From contig NC_043010.1 of assembly GCF_006345805.1 (NCBI RefSeq), forward strand, positions 59,272,001 to 59,336,000: DNA of 64,000 nucleotides, read 5' to 3'. The notes beneath the pieces were generated by a model. The model searched no databases, was not told where the DNA came from, and was given only the letters and a program-made list of their open reading frames with translations. Numbering within the stretch: position 1 is the stretch's first letter; every line of letters begins with the position of its first letter. A program made the position numbers and the translations under genes. Shown piece after piece: positions 1 to 12,000 of the stretch. Origin of the DNA: Octopus sinensis. Lineage: Eukaryota.

Positions 1-51
1 GAAGGATAAATTCATGCAAAATATTATTAGATGGATGTACTAATAACATTG

Positions 52-237
52 AACATACAACTTCAGTGACACATGCAACCCTCTCCTAGCAGCAGACTCT
101 CTGCCTGACGTGCTACACTACTCCATCACCATAACAGCCATTCTCACACCATTACAGCAGCACTTACAATGGATCTTTCTACAACAATACATCTTTCTCT
201 TTCTCACTGAATAACCAATGATATAATTATTAAAAAG
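52..237 (+). other. Putative non-coding leader (5'UTR) exon of Pcdh gene 1
   Basis: 186-bp block AACATACAACTTCAG...TTATTAAAAAG repeated six times, once upstream of each Pcdh CDS; ends at donor AAG|GTAAGT (GT at 238); exact 5' end unknown. Confidence 0.75.
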
Positions 238-3200
238 GTAAGTTTCCATTTAATCTTTTTATAATCTCATTTGATAAAATAAATCTCACTGAATCCCTTT
301 AGCTATTGTTTTAACATATTTGATATTAACATGAGAACAAAGAGATTGAACAACATGAACAATATTTCCTACATATTCCTCAGTAATGTTATCTAAATTG
401 TTTTATCTCAAAATTAATTGAATGATATTATTTAAGATGTTTAATATTCAGACTTAATTCCATTGAAGCAGTATTATGTTTCTCTATAATATCTGGTACA
501 TGTATCGATAACTAACAATAGAGAACAGTTTACTTAATAAAGTGTTATAGATGTGTTTGTTTTACTGTAAGAAAGATGTAATCTTGATGGTATATGAGGG
601 CTATGTATTAAAGGATTTAATACAAAGCATGCAAAAACATGCTACAGTTCTTAAATATATCTGCTAACAGTATATAGATTGTAGTAGAAATGAGTCAGTG
701 GTATGTTAGACATTAGGCTGGACATAGAACCACTAGGAAGGAACAAAAATGGTGTCGTGTATTGCTAAAGTTCAGCAGTTTTAGAAATTGGTGAAATATA
801 TAGGATAGCATTGAAATATATATGTATTTTATGCATTTTCTCCCATGCTCAAGCATTTTAATTTATTTATAAGGACAATAAAAGTAAGCAAAATTTAAAG
901 GTAAATTTAATATTCAAGATACTCCAACAAAATATTTATCTTTATTATTATCATTATTCAGTTTTATGAAATATTAAAAGATTTAATATTACAAGAACAT
1001 TATTTTCGTTTCATTGGAATACTGTGTATACCTACTCTAAAACTGTGCATTCATTGTCATCGTTGTCATCATCACCATCATCATCAATGTCTTCTTCACC
1101 ATGATCCATGTTTTGAGATAACGAATATTATTTCTATCATAGGCTATTGTATTGTAAGTGAAAGATGTTGCATAGCATTGAAATATAGAAATATAATTTA
1201 TTTCAAAATTATATTTTCATTTTCCCTTTTTGCATAATTTTTTTTAATGGGTTCTACTCTTTACAGGAAGATAATCTGTGTATGTGTCAGTAAATGATAG
1301 GATGTGTGTGTGTGTGTGTGTTGTGTTGAACAGTAATACAAGGTGTTACTCATAGACAAAACATTGACGTAATAGCAAATGTACTTCCAACCAATGTTCA
1401 TCTATTGTTAGAGCCCCACAATTGAGTTTGGATTTGGACTCTTACTGTACTATTACATCTCGAACTAGTATTCTATTATATTGACCTCAGTACTTGACTG
1501 GTATTTTATTTTATCGACCCCAAAAGGATGGAAGGTACAGTTGGCTTTGAACTCAATGTAAAGAGCCACAACAAATACCACATGGCACACACCAATGAAT
1601 CTGCCAATCCACCATGCTACCCTGAATGTTACTTTAATAGCTTCAAATTCTATTTACATTTATCTTTCTGTAATATTCTTAATGTTCCTATCATTGTCCC
1701 TACTAAGCTTTTAAATGTTCCAATTTTAGAATATGTACTGCCGAAGTTAGTACACTAAGCTTTTAAATGGACAATAGAATAATTGTAGGCTCCATGAAAA
1801 AAACACAAAAAAACTTCAAATCCATAAGAGATACAGCAATAAAGGCTCACGAAAGCCTATGTGTTCGACTGTAACATTATTCAATACAAATTCAATTTAT
1901 ATGGTACTTTTTAAGATCAATAAGACCACTAGCATAGCTGGTGGGGATGGGGGTGATCCGCACCAGGTGGCACTTTTGGGTCTGCTTTAGGCAGTGTGTT
2001 TTTTGTGGGGTCCGGGGAGGCAGCAAATGGAAGGGCTGTCCCGCATGGCACACACTCTAGCTGTGCTTGTGAGTAAGACCCTTCTAAAGCACCACCACAT
2101 TGGGTCCAATTTTGTTTCTATATTTGCTTCCTTTTCACACTGTTTTGGATTAAAAGGAATTGATACAAAGGCAGACAATCAAGTTAATGATAGAATATTT
2201 TTTAAATTGTACCAAAATAATAAGTTATTGTTATACAGAGAATTTTGTTGAATTTATATGAGTTTCATATTGTTTCTTGAGACTAGAAATATGATCGATC
2301 TCTGCCAAAAGTTAGACAAATAAAACATTCTACATTTTTGAGAAATGCAATTAATTTGCAGCTTCAGGGAGTTAATTTATAATAATAATAATAATGAAAT
2401 TATTGTATACAGTGCTCAGATGCACCACAACTTGTCAAAAGTGCATATAAAGCATATGCAGTAATGTACAAATGTCTGGGAAGTGAACAGTGTATGAGTC
2501 AGATACATGCTTGCCATGTATATGGGGAGGGGGAGAAAATCAGGTGTAGTGTTGGCAAATCTCAGGAAGCATGGAAGTTTTGAAGGATGCAGTGCTCCGA
2601 CAACTAACAACTGATGCCAGCAGTTTGTTCCATGCTTCAGCAACTCTTAGCGTGAAAAAATGTTTCCGAAAGTTATGGGAGCTATGCTGTTTTCTGACTT
2701 TGTAAACATGTCCACGGGTGTTAGACGGGTGGAGTTTGAAAAGGTGCTCAGAGTTATTGTTTGTAAGATGGTTAATAATTTAACTCTTAACAACTGCAAA
2801 AATCTTGTTACATTTTTTTTCTTGAAAACTTGATTGTTTCCATCATAATCCTATTAAAGGAAGAATTTCATTAGTTTTAAGAACTCTCATCAAATGAAGA
2901 TGTTTGCAGTGGCAGGAGAAATTGAAGCATTCGGTTGTGACCCCAGTGAACTTAAAATGAATATAGAAAAATGATTTAGTGGTATTTTGAAACCATGACT
3001 TTATGGTGAATGCTTCTTCTGGAAATTCTGCTGAGGCTGGTGTGACATGTCAAGAAGCATTAAAACTGAGATATGTTAAATCAAGATATCTCTTACCTTT
3101 TACTTGTTTCAGCCGTTAGACTGTGGTCATGCTGGAGCACAGCCTTGAATTTTTAGTCAAATAAATTGACCTCAGTCCTTATGTTTTTAAATCTGGTACT

Positions 3201-3512
3201 TATTCTGTCTCTTTTTGCTGAACCATCTGTCAAGCAGGACTAGAACCTGTACCCCTCTGTCACCAGCTGAGTGCTCTAACTATTAAGTTAAACGGCCCAC
3301 TGACAACAATGTCCATCAAATTAAACACTAAATATCATAGCTTTTGGAAGCATTGAATGTGTTTCATATTTTACAGACAAGAAAGTAATAATTCATTGAA
3401 TTTTAATTTTGGTTGCTACCAAAACACTATTAAGATGCTAAAAAAAGTGACTACATTATACTAAAATTGTGAAAAGAAGTGTTTAATAACGGCTACCTTT
3501 GCCCACGCCCCT

Positions 3513-3757
3513 GGAGGCACGTGGCTTAGTGGTTAGAGTGTTGAACTCATGATCGTAAGGTTGTGGTTTCGATTCCTGGACCGGGCGATGCATTATGTTC
3601 TTGAGCAAAACACTTCATTTCACATTGCTCCAGTCCACTCAGCTAGCAAAAATGAGTAATCTTGCGACGGACTGGCGTCCCATCCAGCTGGGGAATTTCT
3701 CTGCCACTGAAACCGGGAAACCGGCCCTTATGAGCCTGGCATGGCTCAAGAAGGAAC
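3513..3757 (+). mobile_element. tRNA-derived SINE
   Basis: Pol III A box TGGCTTAGTGG and B box GGTTTCGATTCC followed by a non-tRNA body; no cloverleaf 3' end. Confidence 0.7.
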
Positions 3758-4712
3758 ATTCATTTATTTATTTATTTTGCCCACCCCCATATCTAGTTGA
3801 TTTAGGCTTCAGGGCTGTAGATTATATTGTCACCAAAAGTTGTCTGAAAATTGTTGAAAGAACAGGCATTTATTTCTTAAAAAATTCAAACCAAGCCCTC
3901 TTAAAATTTAGTTTCTTAGCATTAGGCTCTAGGAAATCCTTAAATACCAGTTAATTTCAATCAATTTTATTGTTTAATACAGGCTAAGTGTGTTTGAGTT
4001 TTTTTTTAATTTCTTCAGTTTAAATATTAGTGGGCTACATGTAAATTTTATCCTCCCAAAATTTAGAAATGGTGTTGCTAAGCATAAAAAGATTGAAGAA
4101 TACTGCTGTAATCCTTTCTTCAAACTACCCTGCATGTATAGCTTCCAATTTAGTAGTGCACATTACTTAACCTTCAACAAAGAGGTTTCAGGCTTAAGCA
4201 ATATACACACTTCATGCAAGCTATGCACTCTCCATTTATAAACTCCTTAAAAATGTTTGTCTCTTACTACACAAACACTGTAGACCTCCATCTAAAATTG
4301 TCCACCCAACAACTGACAATAATTCATTCACAAATACACTACAGCTGCTCGCTTTTTTGTCCTCAATCCTTAACAAGGCTCTGGATCTTTTAAGAATATC
4401 ATTTCCTGCAAATCATAGTAAATTCATCAAACCTCTCCTCTCACTGTTCTGTTGTATGCCACCTCTAGAGGAACAAAAGAAGCACATAACCAAGGGTTTA
4501 TTAGAATTTTCTTTCCAGATCTTAAAACTGTGCTGTAAGTATATTTAATTTCTTCCCATGCACTTGCTTCCAAAATAAATTGACCAGAAAATGTTATCAA
4601 AACTATTCCTCATAATGACAAAGTTTTTAAAAAAATCATATATCCTTCTGTTTTAGGTTCATTCCTGAGCATATCTGAAAATCTTCAACAAATACCAACA
4701 TACAGTAGCAAC

Positions 4713-7088
4713 ATGTTACTGCCATTGACCTTTGTATTGTCAATGGTCCACTGTGTACTGACCATAGACCTTACCTACCATGTGGAAGAAGAGAGAAGTC
4801 CAGGAACATATGTAGCAGACATTGCTGCCGATTCTAAACTTTTAGACAATGTTAAACCATCTGACCAACATTTGATAACATTCAGTCAATTCAAACGAAA
4901 GGTGGCACAGTTATTTAATATCACCAAAACAGGTAAACTGTACACTGCTCAGACACTGGATGCAGAAGATCTCTGCACATTCAACAAAGAATGTTCCAGA
5001 ACTGTGAAAGTTATTATAAAGAAAGTGGAAACTTTCACAAAAATATTAAAAGTCAAAATTGTAATACAAGACATCAATGATCACAACCCTGAGTTTCTTA
5101 AGAATAATGTCAATATACTGTTTAGTGAAAATGATCGTAAAGGTGCAAAACAATCAATACCAAATGCCATGGACAAAGATGTTGGATTTCAAAATTCCTT
5201 AATTCAATATAAATTAAAATCAAAGAATGGAGAACCATTCTCTCTGTCAGTGTCTAAAAGAGCTGACGGTATTTCTTCTCTTAAAATAGTTTTAAAAGAA
5301 ACATTGGACAGAGAAATCAAAGATACATATTTATTACAGGTCATAGCTAAAGATGGGGGTTCACCAGCAAAACAAGGGATTTTGAATATAAATATTTCTG
5401 TAATAGATGTGAATGACAACCCACCAGAGTTTTCAAAACCTCTCTATAATATATCTATACAAAGTACACATCATAAATCCAAACCCATCATTGTTTTGTC
5501 TGTAACAGATGCTGATTCTGGTGAAAATGGTAAAATTACTTTCCATTTCAGCCGAAAGACATCAGATGTAACAAAAAGCTATTTTCAGTTAAATGAAACA
5601 AGTGGAAACATTTTATTAAGCAAATTCTCAAGTTTGGGGAAAAAGAATACCTATGAATTATTTGTAGAGGCCAGAGATGGAGGCAGCCCCCCACTCAGTT
5701 CCATAGCAACTGTTCTAGTAAATGTCATCAACCAACACAATAATCCTCCATCTATGGATATAGATTATGTTTCTGCACTCAATTATAACACAGGAACCAT
5801 TTCTGAAAACATCAAAGTTGGTAGTTTCCTTGCTTATGTGATGGTCACTGACAATGATGTGGGACAAAATGGAGAGGTCAGCTGTGATATCAAACATGAT
5901 ACATTCAAACTACAGTCAATGGGATCTAAAGAATATAAAATCATTCTAAACAAACCAGTGGACAGAGAAACACAAGGACACTATAACATTCCTGTCTCCT
6001 GTCAAGATAAAGGATTACCTCCTCTTAAAAGTGTTAAAAGCCTCTCTATCCAAGTGACTGACATCAACGATGTACAACCACAGTTTACCAAAGATACATT
6101 CCAATTCCTCACCTACGAAAACAAAGATAAAGACTTCCCTATTGGTTTTGTCAATGCCACTGACCCTGATCTTGGATCTGCTGGACAACTCACATATTCT
6201 CTGCTGCGTAAAGAAAAATCCAATCTCCCATTTCTCATCACCAGTTATGGCTTCATTTCAGCGACCATGTCATTGGACAGAGAGAAACAAGATGTGTATA
6301 AGTTTGAGGTTTTTGTCAAAGATAATGGAAGCCCATCTCTGAATGACACAGCGAATGTTGTTGTTGAGATTCTAGATCAAAATGACAATGCTCCGTATTT
6401 TACATATCCTAGTAGTGACCCTTACACGCTAAATGTGCAGTACCATCCGCAGAGTAAGAGTGACATCACAGTTTTGAGAGCCTCTGATGGGGACAGTGGA
6501 AACAATGCTTTCCTCAGATATGCAATCATACAAGGAAATGATAAACAGTTGTTTAGTATGAACTCACACAGTGGTGCTTTATCCTTCTCCAGACAAGTTT
6601 ATCTAAATGATGCTGGAAGTTATGAGCTGGTGTTTGTTGTGAAGGACAGTGGTAGTCCAGTTCAGTCGTCAACAACTAGTGTCACTTTAGTATTGGCTGT
6701 TAGTAACGAGACATCACCAATGTCGAAGAGTGGACCTTTACAATCTTCAGGTCGGGTCCATATGACATGGGTTATTATCATTGTATCATCAGCAGTAATA
6801 ATATCAGTGGCGATTGTTGTTTCTATAACGCTGTGTATTATGAAATGTATTAAACACAGAGATAACACAGCTGCTGCCACAAAGAATACAGCCTACCAAG
6901 GTAGAGCAGAGATGAAACAATTGTTGTACCAGACTAACACTTCTGTTGCTATGTCGAGGAATGCAGAAGAGATGGTGAAGCGGAATATCTATTCTGAGAG
7001 ATCCAAGAGTGAATGTTATGCAGAAGGTCAGCTACAGAACAAATATGAATCTTCGGTTCAATCAAGAACTTTACCAAAACCTACCCCA
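4713..7088 (+). CDS. Pcdh: Protocadherin gene 1, main coding exon (signal peptide, EC1-EC6, TM, proximal tail; 792 codons)
   Basis: Six cadherin repeats (DxE, DxNDxxP, DxD, DGGxP motifs), C-X5-C in EC1, hydrophobic TM WVIIIVSSAVIISVAIVVSITLCIM; acceptor TTTTAG|G at 4656/4657; donor CCA|GTAAGT at 7088/7089 (the ORF track reads into the intron to 7133). Confidence 0.93.
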
Positions 7089-7259
7089 GTAAGTGGAAAC
7101 ATTACATTTTCTCTCTGTGAAAGTGAACAATGAAATCTCTTTGAATATGTTTTAACTTCAATAATACATTCCAATATTAAATTGTTCTCTTTCCATGTTG
7201 ATTGTAACTTCCATTGTTTGGTGTCTTCTCACATTTCTTTATCGTTTGTTTGTCAACAG

Positions 7260-7413
7260 AAATACTGTCAACCTGTTGTGGTGACATCAAGTGATGATGC
7301 TGTGGAAGATAATGCTACTATGGTTTGTAACTATACATCAGATACAATGTCATCCAAGAGAAGTGGTAGACAAGGAGACTTGAAACATTATGAAGAAATA
7401 CCAGGAGTATCGG
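7260..7413 (+). CDS. Pcdh: Pcdh gene 1 second coding exon (KYCQPVV...KHYEEIPGVS)
   Basis: Acceptor TTTGTCAACAG|AAA, phase 0, in frame with the upstream exon; donor G|GTTAGT; conserved in genes 1-5. Confidence 0.85.
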
Positions 7414-8026
7414 GTTAGTAACTACGTTGACAATATTTCACTTTGATCCCTTCTTAAATGTGAACTTTTCCATTTTAATAAATTTGTAGTTTATTTTGAG
7501 TAACATATTTACGATTATTAAACTAGGAGATGCTTATTTTATTTTTATTTTTCTGCCAATTAAACACCTGCGCTACTTATTCGATCTTCACTCATGTTTT
7601 TATTTGTGTTACTTTTAGTTTCTATGTCTGTCAAAGTTCTTTGAAATAAGCAGGACAATAGGAGACACACGAGAGAGATTGTCACTGATGGAATTTTGAC
7701 TGATGTATAAATTCAAAATGAAATGAATAAAAACTAGTGAAGATTGAATAGACAGTGTGTGTGTTTAGTTGGCAAAGAAAAGTGACCATCCCCAAGTATA
7801 ACAATATCCTTTTCAACCAAGAATCTTGCAAAACAAATATATAAATATAATATATTTACTATTTTATTCATTTTTATTTTCTTCTCAAAGCTTGAGAATA
7901 TTTTAAGTTTTCAATTTTATTTGTTCTAAGATTTTATATATTTTTTTATATATTTTGTTTGTGAATTTACAAAATTATGATACGAAAATCTTTTGTAAAT
8001 CTTTATATTTTGTATCTAAATTCCAG

Positions 8027-8103
8027 ATCAAAATATTTATAAAAATAACGATTCATCAACATCAAAAGACTGTAGTGAAGAAACACCTGTGAAACACGTG
8101 TAA
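8027..8103 (+). CDS. Pcdh: Pcdh gene 1 terminal coding exon (D-QNIYKNNDSSTSKDCSEETPVKHV*)
   Basis: Acceptor TTCCAG|AT completes a phase-1 codon; 24 codons then TAA; homologous 77-nt exon present in five units. Confidence 0.85.
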
Positions 8104-8260
8104 TTAATTATATTAGTGAAGTGACATAACTGCTCTTCTCTATATGAACATAAGTGGCAGAGAGTGTTTAGTACATAACCAACATTATAACATACACAAA
8201 GACACACACATGCACACATTCATATATAAAATGCCTTTGCTATGTATACTGTATAGCTGC

Positions 8261-8278
8261 AATATATATATGTGTATG

Positions 8279-8329
<51 letters not shown>

Positions 8330-8410
8330 ATGTGTGTGTGTGTATGTATTTATGTATGCATATATTTGTGTGTATATATATATATGTATATGTGTATGTG
8401 TGTGTGTATA
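8261..8410. repeat. (TA)n/(TG)n microsatellite in the putative 3'UTR of gene 1
   Basis: Direct reading; a similar (TA)/(CA) tract lies at 19949-20025 after gene 2. Confidence 0.9.
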
Positions 8411-8679
8411 AAAGCAGCAATACTAATGAAATAACAAAAGGTGTTTGATCTTAGAGTAATGGAGATATATCCTTATTGAAAAATGAACAAATATAAATTT
8501 TACTGAAATTTTTACTCGAATATTTTATTTCTAAGGAAAATTTTCATAAAAGTAAATAATTATCAATATTTTGTTTCTGTGAGAAAGGCATGAATATCAC
8601 TCAACTTCTTTTTATCTGCAATAAATATGCTAACTTCTAATTAGTCTAAAGAAATCAATATTAAAGAAAAAAAATTATC

Positions 8680-8710
8680 ATTGGTCTTCTGTTTAGGTCA
8701 TGCAGCCAAT
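8680..8710 (+). promoter_or_regulatory. Inverted CCAAT pair (ATTGG-N21-CCAAT), putative promoter of gene 2
   Basis: Same motif pair about 190-205 bp upstream of leader copies 2-6; TATA-like TATATAAATA near 8807. Confidence 0.6.
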
Positions 8711-8909
8711 CAGATTCCTGTAGAAGGAATTCACTAACAATGAAATTTACTCACACTATCGATGTTATTAAACCAAACAATTATGCTAAGTATACAGTAT
8801 TGTAGATATATAAATACATATCTCTATATATGTAATTAGTAATCATCTCTAAAAGTATATATATACACACACACACACAAAGTATCATCAGATGGACGTA
8901 CTCCCACAA

Positions 8910-9095
8910 AACATACAACTTCAGTGAGACATGCAACCCTCTCCTAGCAGCAGACTCTCTGCCTGACGTGCTACACTACTCCATCACCATAACAGCCATT
9001 GTCACACCATTACAGCAGCACTTACAATGGATCTTTCTACAACAATACATCTTTCTCTTTCTCACTGAATAACCAATGATATAATTATTAAAAAG
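8910..9095 (+). other. Putative non-coding leader exon of Pcdh gene 2
   Basis: 186-bp conserved block, donor AAG|GTAAGT at 9096. Confidence 0.75.
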
Positions 9096-12000
9096 GTAAG
9101 TTTCTATTTAATCTCCTTTATAATCTCATTTTAATTTATTATCACTTACCAAATCTGTAAGATAATGTTTTGATACATTTAATATTAACAAAAGAACAAA
9201 GAGATTGAACAATAATCACCCACATTTTTCAATAATGTAGTCCATATCTATTTAAAATTAATTGGATGGTGTTGCATATATTTAATATTTAAACTTTATT
9301 CAGTTATAACAATATTATCTGTGTCTGTATGATATTTGTTACATATATCAATAAGTAACAATAGGAAATAGCCTATGCAATGTTTTAGTGTGTGTTTGGT
9401 TTTCTTTTTTTGTGACTAAGATGTAATATTGTATTTTCAGAGCAGATTGTGTATGAAAGGTTATGTTAGATATTGTATGCAAAATATACAGAATTCTACT
9501 ACAATGCCTTTAAATTTGATTATGAGAGGTAAAATTGTTAGCGAAGATGGGACAGTAGTCTGGTTTAGGCTGGAACTAAGAATAGTTGCAGACATATTAG
9601 TATTTGCAGCTGTGAGGAAGTGAATACAAATGATAATATGTTGTATATAAGAATTATTTATTTCTATACAGTTATATACTTGCTATTTTCAAGTTGATGA
9701 AATATCTAGAAAATATTTTGATCCTCCATCAGAATGAAAAATATTTGTTCATTTTAGAACATATATGAAACGGTTTTCAGGTAGATTTAATTGTGTATCT
9801 GAAATGAATCATATTGTTATTGTTGATGCAACATCGAAAATTGTATGAAATTTTCTTCCTAGATTACTATTGTATATAATAGCATTCATTGAACAGTAAT
9901 ATATTGTGAATGAATAATGAGAGTTATTAGAAGATAATTGTGAAATATATGAAACCTCTTCATTCTTTTATATGGAGCAGAGTGATGTCTATGGTTTTAC
10001 GTATTTATGTATGCATATGTCTTTTAGTCTTATAATATATGCCACAAGCATAAAATCAACGAATGATTTCCAAATTGTTTCTACCTTAAAATAAAGTGAC
10101 AAATTGGCTGAGTTCAAGTATCAGACATAATTCCTTATGGGTTTTGCTCCAGTTCTAGGTTCAAATCTCACTGTGGTCAACTTTCCCTTACATCCTTCTG
10201 GGGTTGATCAATCAGCCAAGTCCTCTCAGAAACAGTTGCGCTGTGCTGTGAGAAGATCTGTAGGAAACCATTCAGAGTCTCTTTCCTCAGAAATGGAGAT
10301 GGATTGAGTAAGCTAGCATCCTCTTCTCATAGAAAAATTAATATGAAGCTGGAACCTTCCAGATGCACAGTACTGTACAGAATGGAAATAAAGAAATTAA
10401 ATAAATAAATAAAAAGCCTTGAAATAATGTTTCTTAAAGTAGAATAAGTATCTCTATTTTAGTACAGGTTATGTAGAGAAACTTTACCTGAAGTTAGTGA
10501 AAACCGTGTGTATTCATCATTAAATGTTTAAAGATGTGCAACTGCTTCTTGCATAATTTAATAAATATTAAAATGTAAATAGGTTGTTTGTTTGTTTTTT
10601 TAATAGAATAGAATATTTTGTAATTGGATAATTACAGTCAATTTGATAAGATCCATTGCATATAGGTAGCTGTTCACTTCACATCATTTTTCAATCTGAT
10701 GTAAAACCGAGCACATTCTGTCATCTTACATGTGAATTTATGGTAATGCCATGTGCCTGTCAGGGTAGTTTGTATCCATACTATGGATGGCAGGCTGAAC
10801 AATAACCAATATAGAGGCAGATGTAAAATATTTAGTTAGTGATGGTTAGCTGCAATTTTTTTTAGATTCATTGTAGATTCTAGAATGCTTGCCTAGACAT
10901 TGCACTAAAGCACCTTTTATAGTGTGTCTGTGTAGATGGTTTGTAGTTGTAGTGTCGGGTGACAGCAGGAGAAAACATTTGATAATGTCCAAGATTGCTG
11001 CTAGCGTTCAGTTATGTTGTAGATTGCTGGACGTCTGGACAAAATTGTAGGGACCCAATGTATAATTTTGTTCTTATGTCACCCCAATTATCTGTTACAA
11101 AATAGAATATGGCTATCAAGGGTGCATGGGGAATTAACAGTTCAACATGTATCATATGATTTTTTTAGAACTTTATTCCAGTTTATTGCATTTATTTTGT
11201 CAATCTTTTTAAGCCAAAAAAGTAAGATTCCATCTAAAATCTATAAGCACATTAGGCAACCTGCAAACGGTATGTGGGTTATTAGGTTGTTTCTTCATGT
11301 TACATAATTCTCTCTTAGCTCTTAGATTTTCCAGTGCTGTCAGCACAATGGGCATTGAGCCCTCTCCAAACAAAACCCGATTGCTTACTTTCCTCTTAAC
11401 CCTACTCAGGCTGACTCCCATTGCTATCATGTTGTCCTGGGACCATGTCTTCTTTGATCGTCCACTCAGTCTTCTTCCTCCTTCTGGCATGGTAGTCTGT
11501 TACTTCTGTAATAACTGAAGCACATGGCCAGTAAACCATATCTGCTACTCAGTCACCATTTGCTGCAAACTTCCCATGCCAGTTCTTCTCATCGCCTCTT
11601 GATTTCTCACTCTGTCCCTGTAACAAATGCACAGGATTGAATGTAGGTAACATCAATGAAACATGTCCGGCACTTGAGAGATCTTTGCTGTCTCCTTCCC
11701 GGTTTCACAGACATAGATACTTCTAATGTAACAATATATGAATATAGCTGCAGCTTTATCTTCTTATTGATGGTCTTTAATCTCTATATTGCACAAAGCC
11801 ATTGGAATACTGATGTTGCTTTATCTGTCCTGGTCTTGATTTCACTTCATTGACCAGGTGCATTCCATAGATATTTTACTCCAAAAGTACCAAACCTTCT
11901 CAAAGCTGAAGACTACACTGAATATTCTGACATGCAGTAACTAATTCTAAATGATGCAATACAACAGTTTGTTCTGTTTTTCTTTGTATGCCTTTGGACA

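Noticed and set aside
3513-3590. tRNA-like sequences at 3513, 39175 and 62900-62981
   Set aside because: A and B boxes run into SINE bodies; no complete cloverleaf, so not tRNA genes
6070-6342. Recurrent 60-100 aa alternative-frame and antisense ORFs inside each Pcdh exon (MYNHSLP..., MAAAVLSL..., MFDITADL...)
   Set aside because: They recur only because the underlying DNA is homogenised; no independent coding signature
7089-7133. ORF-track C-terminus VSGNITFSLCESEQ and ORF 7182-7418 taken as real gene ends or separate genes
   Set aside because: Canonical in-frame splice sites show these are intron read-through and an extension of the second coding exon
5830-7420. Identical blocks explained purely as a collapsed or mis-polished assembly
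   Set aside because: Each copy has private substitutions, and block edges coincide with domain and exon boundaries; not fully excluded without raw reads
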